The translations under genes and the position numbers were made by a program. Source: Lama glama (taxonomy: Eukaryota). Taken from it: a stretch of DNA of 64,000 nt. The notes beneath the pieces were generated by a model. The model was given only the letters and a program-made list of their open reading frames with translations. It had not been told where the DNA came from and made no database searches. Every line of letters starts with the position of its first letter. Positions within the stretch are counted from its first letter, which is position 1. Below, piece after piece: positions 27,250 through 36,525 of this stretch. The DNA lies in the NCBI GenBank assembly GCA_028534125.1, contig CM052816.1:85686001-85750000 (forward strand), in the 5' to 3' direction.

Positions 27250-28599
27250 ATCTCTCTGCCACTGTGGCTTAAGGAGTATCAGTTACCTAGTTCTCCTGGA
27301 GACGGTGTGCTCTTAATGATTTTATTGAGAGGTCTTTTTGTCTTCGCCCTGTTTTGGGAACTCAGCTTGCTGTTTCCAGAGGCCCTCTGTTGGCGCCCTT
27401 GTCTGTGCTGCTCCCAGTGGCTGTTGGCTAGCAGACTGTGCCCCCTCCCAACACTGGGTCAGGTGCTGAGCTCTTATCTGGTGAGGAGATGGGTCACTCC
27501 CCCACCCCGATGCTGCAGTCAGATGCTGCGCTCTGGGCGAGGCAGGTGGGTGGATCGTGCCCCATCTCAGCACCGTGGTCAAGTGCTGCATTCCTGCCAG
27601 GAAGGGGTGTTGCCACCTGTCCTCTTCCATCGTTGGTCGCTCCGCTGCTCTGTGCAGCTGCCCGCTCCGCCTAGGGTCGGTGCTCCTAAGGCAGGCTCAG
27701 GGAAGACCACGGAATGGCCCTGCCCCTGCCCTGTGCCAAAGCTCAGCTCCTTGTTTGTCTTGGCGGCATGAGTTCTTTGGGGTGCCAGGGCAGAAAGATC
27801 CTATCTGCCTTGGGCTGTAAAACAGGTCTCAGTCCTGCCTAGGAGGTTGCGGAGCCCCAAGGTGCGGATTCAGGGCTTGGCCCTGCCCCTGCCCCTACCT
27901 GCGCACTGGGCACAGGAGGAGATGGCGGCTGTGGCTGTGCCCCACCTCTCTTCTCATGAGAAGCACCAATAATGGCCGTGCAGGTCTGAGGAGACAAAGG
28001 CTATGGTGTCCCTCCCCCCAGGGCACACCAGCCGTGTTGCTTTGCTTTTCTCATAATTTGTGGGGGACTGAGGTTGTTCTGCTCTGTATCCCCTCCCAGC
28101 CACGGTGCGCAGCCCCTGCAGTCCCCCGGGGCTGCCTCAGTGCGGCTGCCTCAGTCCTCCGCCTGGCTTGGGTAGCCTCTCGGGGTCCCAGCTGCTGGCT
28201 CGTGTCTCGGGCTGGGTGTCGTGGGGACACTTTGTGCCTGTTTAACTCAGTTCTGTCAGTCAAGGGGTGCTGGGGCAGATCTGAGCCTTGGAGGCTCCCC
28301 CTCCATCCCACTGGCCTCTCCCTGGGAGAGGGGAGACCCAGCAAACGAGCGCCAGTCCTCCTTTGCCTCTCCCTCCCCACGGGATTGGTCCCTCACTGTT
28401 TTGCTTTATCTTCTTTCTTTTTTCCTTTTCTCCTACCAGATTTTTGGCGTCTTTGTCTTTCGAAGAGAACGATGTTCTGTTGGAGTTCAACAGGTGCTCT
28501 GGTTGGCTGAGTAGGTCCGTAGATGTGAGTTTTGATTATTTGTGAGAGAGGGTGAGCTACAAGCGTCCTTCTAGTCCTCCATCTTGCTTCTCTCAGGCA
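27250..28599 (-). promoter_or_regulatory. L1 5' UTR internal promoter; the most GC/CpG-rich block in the window
   Basis: Lies upstream of ORF1; high GC with retained CpGs and internal tandem monomers. Confidence 0.75.
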
Positions 28600-29458
28600 C
28601 ATACCACATAATATTGCTTAATTAGACAGGTCCTGAACAGCTGACAAGCTGAAGATGGCCTTGTGTTATGGTGTTGACTTACTCATCCAGATTTTTCTAT
28701 AGGCCTCTATGGTTCTCTGAAGAAAGATAACCTGACTCCTTAGTTCTTCTGGGTGTCCCTATACTTTGTATCTTTTTAGTTCTCGATTCTCTGCATTTCT
28801 GGTCTACTTAGATAACCACCTCTCAAGTTGCAAGCTCTGGTCTCAGGATTGATTAAGACTTGTTCTAATATCCTCCACCCATTTTAGATAAAAGCCATCA
28901 TTTATCACTGTTTTCTTCCTAAGAATTAGACCAAGGAGTGAAGGAATTCCGATTTGAACTTAAACATAAAGGAGTTTAGTTGTTCTCCATTTCAATGTAT
29001 ATGATTCATCCATTTTAAAAAGGAATTACATAGGTCCTACATCCCAGTTTCTGAAAAGCTAACCAGTGGTGGGCTGGTAAATGTTAACAAATGGCTCTAA
29101 AATAAATTCTATGTGTGTATACATTCATGTAAGTTAACATAAATATGAGTGCTATAGAGAATATCATCTATCATACAATTTATATATATATAAAAATATG
29201 TAAAACATATATAGTAAATTCCATATAGCTACCTATCATAGAATTATTTTGTTGATTTTTACAGAATTCTTGTTTCTATAGTAAATACACATTTGCAATT
29301 AACAAAAGGACTATAATTCCAATATAAATATTGATATGTATTTTCATTTCTGTTAACTTGTAAGATGAAAGTAAAACAACTTCACTTATTCAAAAATGAC
29401 ATCAGAAACTTCTTTACTAAATTGGAAAATAGTTTTTTGCATGCCTGAGGACTATTTC

Positions 29459-29832
29459 TATGATAGCTGCTTTTATGTTTCAACTTGGTTAGGCTATGGT
29501 GCTCAGTTGTTTTGTCAAATGCTGGTCTAGATGTTTCTGTGAAGGTGTTTTTCAGATGTGATTAACATTTAAATCAGTTGGCTTTGAATAAAACAAATTA
29601 CTCCCAATAAGGTGGGTGGGCTTTATCAAATAAATTGAAGGCCTAAATTTTCCAGCAGCTGGCCTGCCAAAAAATTCCAGACTTTCCAGCCCTCTCATAA
29701 GCCAACTCCTTAAAATAAATCTATCTCTGTCTGTCTCTCTATCTCTGTCCCTTTTTCTCTATCTCTTTGTCTCTCTGTCTCCATACCACTCTCCTATTGG
29801 TTCTGTTTTTTGTGAAAAATGCTAATTAATAC
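29459..29832 (+). mobile_element. MLT2 (ERVL) solo LTR
   Basis: 'ttttatgtttcaacttggttaggcta...ggtctagatgtttctgtgaaggt...aataaatct(ct)n...tcctattggttctgttt...ctaattaataca'. Confidence 0.88.
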
Positions 29833-30198
29833 AATTTTTCCTTATTTGTGCTAATAAAAATTTAATGGATAGATACAATGCAATTTTATCTTTAAAATAT
29901 AATTTCATTTTCTTCATTACTTTCTTAAACCTAGACAATAAACAAGACAAATCAAACACTGATTTGTAACATTTTCCAATTTCCACTGTAAATACTCCTA
30001 CCACCACAGCCAGTTTTAAGCTTCCAAGGTTATTATACTGAATGAAGAGTTTGGAAGAGCTGTAGAGTAGTGCACTATATTATCTCCACCATATGTATAT
30101 TATAGATGTAAATAACCTCAAGTGCAGAGAAAATAGTGAAATGTAATTCACCGTTTAGGAGGTGACAGTTGAGTATTACTGCATGTGTTTTTAACATA

Positions 30199-30412
30199 GA
30201 GTTGACACTTGAACAATAAAGGGTTAGGAGTGCTGATCCCCGAGTAGCTAAAATCTGCATATAACTTTACAGTTGGCCCTCCATATCCACAATTCTGCAT
30301 CCATGAATTCAACAAACCTCATGTTATGTATTACTGCAGTAAGTATACATTGAAAAATATCTATATATAATTGGACTCAGCAGTTCAACTCATGTTGTTC
30401 AAGGGTCAACTG
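30199..30412 (+). mobile_element. Tigger2/MER8-like Tc1-mariner MITE
   Basis: TIRs gagttgacacttgaacaa / ttgttcaagggtcaactg, flanked by TA at 30197-98 and 30413-14. Confidence 0.88.
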
Positions 30413-30644
30413 TAATTTATTAAATTGTAAGTTTTATAATTTAACTTTCAATCATGGAAATAATTGTTAAGAACCAGCTCATAAATTTAAGAAAATTCAT
30501 GAGCCATCCATTGTACTCCAAGTCCCTTGGAGCTGCCTGTCAATGCTTGCAATGTGGCCTATTTTCTCAAGGGAGGATAAGCTCAGTAGTTCCTAAAGGT
30601 TTCCAGTTCCCTCCTAGCCTATATTTGAATGGCAAATCCCTGAA

Positions 30645-30735
30645 AGAACAGAAGAAAAGGGAAGAAAGGGAAGAAAGGATAAAAAGGAAAGGGAGATTAA
30701 GAAAAATAAAGGAAAGGAAGGGAAAGAAAAAAAAT
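30645..30735 (+). repeat. Purine-rich (GA/GGAA) low-complexity tract
   Basis: Directly visible. Confidence 0.85.
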
Positions 30736-30766
30736 TAACAAATTCAATCCCAAACAGGGCATTCTT

Positions 30767-30880
30767 TCAGAATTCTTCCAATAGAAACATACAGAAAAAC
30801 CATCTCATAGTTGATTTAACAGACATGTATTATTCAGAGCAAGTTACTATTGTATCATTCAGAATTATATTCACGTTAAC
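30767..30880 (-). pseudogene. Candidate terminal exon D of a degenerate multi-exon gene (VNVNIILNDTIVTCSE*YMSVKSTMRWFFCMFLLEEF*)
   Basis: Acceptor ttttttttt ctgcatgcag|G. The phase-0 reading has one internal TAA, and the other two frames close within 3 codons. Not in any repeat I recognise. Confidence 0.3.
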
Positions 30881-33371
30881 CTGCATGCAGAAAAAAAAAT
30901 GATAACTAAATTGACCAACATGAGAATTATTAAAAGTTTCTTGAGGGCTTCAGAGATATTAGGTCTTTAATTTATAATAAAGTATTTTCTTTGTTTCCAA
31001 TGTTGAAAAGAGTAGTTTGAAATACAGAATAACCACTATATTAATATATATAAATGAATATATATCATATAAATTCATATGTATATACATACTCATATAT
31101 GAATTTTATTCTTGTATCAAGTACTTGATGAAAAGAAATTGTAATGTCTATGGAAATTCTGTCATTTGAATTGTAAAATTCCATTTAATTTCAATCTGTT
31201 ATTCTCTATAGTTATATAGCATTATTCAACTGAGCAAAAACATTGTGTGATCTTTATTAGTTTAATATTTCCTCATATAAATATCCAATTTATGGATCAA
31301 CTTTACCAAAGAAAATTTATTTTAATGTTGGTATTTTTTAGTATGAAATGTCTTTTTTTTATATGCCCCTACTCTCCCAATCCCTTTGTTAATGAATAAT
31401 TGATCTGTCAAATTAATAGATGATTTAATGTAACGTGAAATAAAAGACTAAAAAGCAGTAATTACCATAATAGCTACAATTTTCAGTTACTTATTGCTTT
31501 ATATTCCTGTGGATGTTTTCTTTTAAATTTTGCATATAAACCCTTTAGTATGAATTAAAAAGGAAATAGAAATAAGTGGGGGGCATTCAACTGTTCATTG
31601 TTAATCTAAATAATTTATATGCTAATATTATGTAAGAAAAGAGATTTCAGTAAAACAAATTTAGCAAAAGAACTATGAAGCAGCCCAATGCACAGGTTAA
31701 AAGCTGAGGTATGCTCAGTCAAGCAAAGTTTGATTATGTGGAATTCCTGATTCCATCTTCCTCTACATCTTCTATTTTGTGACTCAACTCTGTGAAATTT
31801 CTCAAGCTCCATGGGGCACTGAGTGGAAACCACTATTCTAGTAGTGCATTAACTTCATATATATATCTGAGGACAATAATAAGACCATTGTTAAAGTCTC
31901 TTGCAATTCTTCAGTTAATAATTGCTGAATGAACTAGTTCTTGGTTACATAAATATAAATTCTAATTCCTGTATAACATTAAAATAATAATCAAATTATG
32001 AATAACCAACAGGATGGTTGAGTGGCATCTAAAAGAAAATAATATCAAAATATACATACTACTGAAAAATCTTCAGTATTGCAACTGTTACTTTTTTACT
32101 CAATCAATGATTTAGTCAATGTTTTTTTCCTTAGACAATATTGTTTAAGGATAGTACTTATATTACATTTGTACTAAGCAAATGCCTTACATGTTATATG
32201 TGCTCAATGAATACTTGAAGTATATTGATTCATAATTTCTGTGGAATATCCATTCCATAATTAAAGAAGGAATATCTCTCAAGCTTAATCTATTTTCCAG
32301 TTATATTCTGAGGTGAGATAGAAATTCATTTTCCATTTGCTTTCATTTAAGACTTTCTGCAGAATAAAAATGTTAAATCTCCAATAACTATAAAACAATA
32401 TTGGATAAAAATACTATTTTAATTTAAAACACTTTAATATAATTAATGAGAATATTCCTTAAAGTCATTTTTCTTTATTCTGAACATTAGCCACTTCTAA
32501 GTGTTACATCATTGTTGTCCTATTAGAAAAATCAATTGCCTATTTCATTGATTTTTAACGTTTAGCTGAAGTGCAAATGGACAGTCAAACCATGTTACGT
32601 CTTATAAAAATTTTTAGAGAATGCCCTCCAGCAGTGTAGAATGCCCATGATATAATTATGTATTCCTTATTTTAGTCACATAAAACCATACTATTAGAAT
32701 TCTCTCAACTGCTTTACACAGGGTCTTAGAGCTTGCAATGAAACACTCAAGAGAAAATACAAGTATGGTAAATCATAGAAGACACAGCCACTAAATATAA
32801 ATGAGACAATGTCATAAAATATTTTGCCGCCAGTAAATATTACTTACAATCTAATTTCTCATCGATCTAAAATCCAATTTCTGACTTTTACTGTCTTACT
32901 GGTGCCTTATCAAAAAGGTAAGACTGTAATATAATGCTTCTCAAAATTCACACACTTTAAAGCATATTACTGAAAACTAACTAAATTATTGACTACTGCA
33001 ACAAATCTCAGAGCACTATATATACACATGTATGTATATACATCTATATACATTTAAATCTCAATTAGTGTTCTTATATTGCAGCCATATGATGAAGTTC
33101 TACACAACATGTTTGTACATGGGGAGTATTTAAAATCTTATTACTAGTAATTGCATATTGGTAAAAAACCAACAAAAACAGTTTTATAGAAAATGTGTAA
33201 ATGTATTATCACCGTTTTCTCTATTTGAATGCTATGGTATAATAACCACTAAGAAGGGGTGTGACAGCAATAAAAGAGAATGAGACAGGATGTAGGGGAT
33301 TTAATGAATTGGTGGCATGTAAAAATATTGGTCCATATTTAATTTAGACATCAACTTCCAAGAGTCTTTAC

Positions 33372-33404
33372 CTGGATAATCACAGCTCAGAGTAGATGAT
33401 TCTC
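33372..33404 (-). pseudogene. Candidate 33-nt symmetric micro-exon C (ENHLL*AVIIQ)
   Basis: ctgtag|...CAG|gtaaag. The polypyrimidine tract is weak. Confidence 0.15.
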
Positions 33405-33749
33405 CTACAGATTTCAATTATATATTATAATATGCAAGACATACGCTTATTACACTGATTTCAATAGCCAAATTTTACTTTTTTGTTTCTTCTACTAGAC
33501 TGTGAGGATTAGGACAAGAAGTATTATTTCAAAATTTTTTAACCATTATATTAATAGTTTGAAAGTTTCCAGTTCATGCTACACAATTAGTGCAAATATT
33601 TATGAGTATACAAAACTATTCCAACTGCATTAATTGTTTGTTTAATAATAGAAACTGTGTAATAAAATAACTATTTTTGTTACGACAATTTAAACAATTC
33701 TGAAAGACAGAGCATTTTACCCTAAAATCGTAAAAGTAAAGTAACCATT

Positions 33750-33865
33750 ATATATGCTACACTTGTTAGCTTCTGACTTTGGATAAAACACACATTTTCC
33801 ATTTTCTTTTTACCTGTAAAATAAGATGACTCAACTAGACATTTTATATGCTCCATTCTAACACC
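33750..33865 (+). mobile_element. MIR3/MIR remnant
   Basis: 'ttagcttctgactttggata...ttttacctgtaaaataagatg...ctagac'. Confidence 0.5.
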
Positions 33866-34102
33866 AAATAAGTTTATTTAATTAAAATGCTTTTTTCCCA
33901 ATACTTAATTTTGCATGATTTTGATGTTTTATTTATTTAAATATAAAACCATTATTTATTTTGCTCCAGTTCACTTTTACTAAAAATCATAAAACATATT
34001 TAAAATGGATTATATTTATTTAAAAGAAAACCATATCAAAATAACCCTATATATTGGCTTTGCTCTTCTACACCAAACTGTTTATTCTTCTGTCATAGGT
34101 AC

Positions 34103-34311
34103 TTGAATTCCTCAGTGAAAACTGTATCTTTTAAAAAATCTGGACTCTTGTGAAAAATTAGAACTCTCTCCTTCCTTCTTTCCATTGAACAACTTTATTT
34201 TTTCAATATCAAATCTTGTTGGAACAGGTAGCACTCTTATGAAGATCTTTAATACATGTGTTTTTAAACATGTCTCTGCATGCATTGGAGAATGGCTATC
34301 ACATCCATTCA
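34103..34311 (-). pseudogene. Candidate exon B of the degenerate gene (*MDVIAILQCMQRHV... then frameshifted); 3' boundary uncertain
   Basis: Acceptor ctaat...gttatttcag|TGAATG. Only a weak donor (CAA|gtacct) at 34103. Non-repeat and more coding-like than its flanks. Confidence 0.25.
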
Positions 34312-35263
34312 CTGAAATAACATTTCTCAAATTAGTATGCATGTCAACATTTAAAATTACTTTTAGAAATTTTTTTTTAACCTAAGCAAAATGAGAAAAT
34401 GTCCTTTACACTAAAGCTCTAGACTAAAGCCTGAGGACCACAAATCATGAATCAGTTTCAGGGAATCTATGAATCACTTGCAATTGTAGCCACAGTCTAG
34501 AGTGGATGTGTCTTGTCTACTCATATTTATATTTATACCAGCTATAGGTGTCATCAAATTATCAAAGGATTCCAGGACAACTCACAAAATCAAGAACTAA
34601 TTCAACATCCAGATCAGCAAAAATATGCAACTTTAAGGTATTCTTGACATCTTTTGTATAACCATGGGATCAGAGTGAATTAGAATCCCTTCTGAGAAGA
34701 ACAACACTCTTTTGGGCCACGGACACAAATGCTGAAATGAACTTTTAAAACAATCCAGTCATCATTTCCTTTGTTGTGTTTTATTGGCATTTCTCTGTAT
34801 CGGCATTTCTCTGTGTGTGCAAACATGTATGTCAAGCTTCTCACTTATTTTCTTTATCTTCTATTCCATGTTTATGGCACATATAGACATATGGCAATAC
34901 TTGGCTACATTTGCTATCTAAGAAACTCACTTTGTAAATAATACAGATTTCTAAGTCCATGTCATAAATCAAATATATATTTTAAAGTTAAAGGCCTTTA
35001 AGTTTTGAAGGTAACTATATTGAAAACTTGTGTGTAATTATGCTAAGCATGACCAAATGGAAAGGGCTATCTCTCTAATTTGTAGAGTTCAGGATTTTAT
35101 GTAAGACTGCATTCACAAATATTGGTATCAGGATTTGATCTAACTTCAGAATTTCTGAGACTGCTTTGTGGATAATTATTTTGAGTTGTCTTACAGAAAA
35201 AGAATCAAATACATTTGGAAAATGCATGACTGCTCTGTGCAGCCACTCATGTTGTGTACTCAC

Positions 35264-35454
35264 ATGTGCAGTTTTATGTAAATTGCAGTCAGGGGTTGCA
35301 ATGTATGATGAACCTCCTTCAATGTTATATATGTCCTCCTTTAGTTTATTTGAAGCTTTAAGAAGGTCTACAGTTATTGGTTTAATTTTGTATATTTGAT
35401 CAAGCAACTTTAAAAAATTACATCTCATCTCTTATGTTAGATGAGGCTAGCTGT
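35264..35454 (-). pseudogene. Candidate exon A of the degenerate gene (MRCNFLKLLDQIYKIKPITVDLLKASNKLKEDIYNIEGGSSYIATPDCNLHKTAH)
   Basis: Acceptor ttcctgatgttcttgcag| and consensus donor CAT|gtgagt. 191 nt, phase 1 to phase 0. 55 open codons with an amphipathic helix pattern and two Cys; two in-frame stops lie in the first 26 nt. Confidence 0.4.
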
Positions 35455-35589
35455 CTGCAAGAACATCAGGAAATATGTATAATTATATTTAACTAGATGT
35501 ATTATTCTTGACCTATACCTTAGAACATTCCATTCATTTTAATGTACTGGGAAGACAATTTCACCACAATCACTACTCTATATTTTCCA

Positions 35590-35832
35590 TCAAGTAATGG
35601 TAGGTAACATTTATAGAGAACGTATGATATACTAAACACTATCCTAGAGCTTTGCATCAAATGTCTCAATTAGCACAATAAACGACAGGTGTTATATTAT
35701 CTTCATTTTATTTATGAGAAGAGCAACATGTTGAGTTGTCAGGTGATTTACCAAGATTTGGCTTAGTTAGCTTGTGACAGAGTCAAAATATAAATCTGAA
35801 TGCTTTAACTCTTGCACATGGGACTTAACCCA
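35590..35832 (-). mobile_element. MIR (MIRb-like) SINE
   Basis: Near full-length antisense MIR: 'taacatttatagag...tattatcttcatttta...atgagaa...gtgatttaccaag...gtgacagagtca'. Confidence 0.75.
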
Positions 35833-36064
35833 TTTTCCCTAACTCAAACTTTTGGTTCTTATCATGGCAAAACAATACTTCTTTACAAGAGGTCATAGAT
35901 GACTAGGAAGGACAAGAGGCATGTTTTGAAATCCCATTTGTCCTGCATAAGGAATCTCTCAGTTATTAAAAAAAAAAAAGCTTTGATTGAAAGATCTTTC
36001 TATTATCCCCACCTACCTGAATTTTCTTGCTTTTATCTTTTCACTGCGCATTTTTAGTTTCATT

Positions 36065-36525
36065 ACTTTTAAAAATATTTAAATAAGCTTAAAATTTTAG
36101 TAGAGCTTTAAATTTAAAGAGAGTAGGGCAGATAGCACAGCGAGTTCCAGTATCTTTCATACTTGGTTTCCCCTATTATTAACATTTTATACTACTGTGG
36201 CACATTTGTCACAGCTAATGGAACAGTGATAATGTATTGTTAACTAGAGTTCACTTTTTTTTTCCAGATTTTCTCAGTTTTACCCAGTATCTTTTTTCTG
36301 TTCCAGGATCCCATCAAAAATACAACATGACATTTAGCAGCCTTGTTTTCATAAGCTCTTTTGGCTACAACAATTTTTCAGTGTTTCTTTGTTTTTAATG
36401 ACGTTGCCAGTTCTGAGGCGTACTGGTCAGATATGTTTCAGAACATCCTTCAATTATGGTTTTTCTGATGCTTTTCTTGGGGTTATGGGTTTTGGGGAAG
36501 AAGACTACACAGCTGAAATGTGACA
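36065..36525 (-). mobile_element. L1MC/MD 3' end
   Basis: 'ttccctattattaacatttt...tttttctgttccaggatcccatc...ggggaagaagactacacag'. Confidence 0.8.

Larger units (their letters stand above)
25527..28599 (-). mobile_element. Young L1 with intact 5' end and ORF1 but almost no ORF2 (half-L1/HAL1-like), TSD-flanked
   Basis: 5' start 'gagagaagcaagatggaggactag', GC-rich 5' UTR, ORF1 and spacer, then a direct jump at ~26216 to the last ~110 codons of ORF2, 3' UTR and T-tail. TSD cataacacataatatt (25511-25526) / cataccacataatatt (28600-28615). Confidence 0.93.
29064..30512. mobile_element. hAT-Blackjack (MER63-like) DNA transposon, interrupted by two insertions
   Basis: Terminus 'cagtggtgggctggtaaatgttaacaaatggctct'. 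Internal 'gatttgtaacattttccaatttccactgtaaatactcctaccacc' motif. Decayed far end near 30470-30512. Confidence 0.65.

Noticed and set aside
27214..28602. Cluster of overlapping 69-185 aa ORFs on both strands
   Set aside because: They lie in the GC-rich L1 5' UTR, where stop codons are rare, and show no recognisable protein features. I cannot support an ORF0-like product.
34786..34816. Short tandem duplication ggcatttctctgt x2 (similar ones at ~8186 and ~43918)
   Set aside because: Ordinary slippage duplications.
35075..35263. C-terminal half of the 117-aa ORF treated as a single-exon gene
   Set aside because: It follows a consensus gtgagt donor and is more simply read as intron read-through. 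The antisense 77-aa ORF at 35166-35399 is likewise unsupported.
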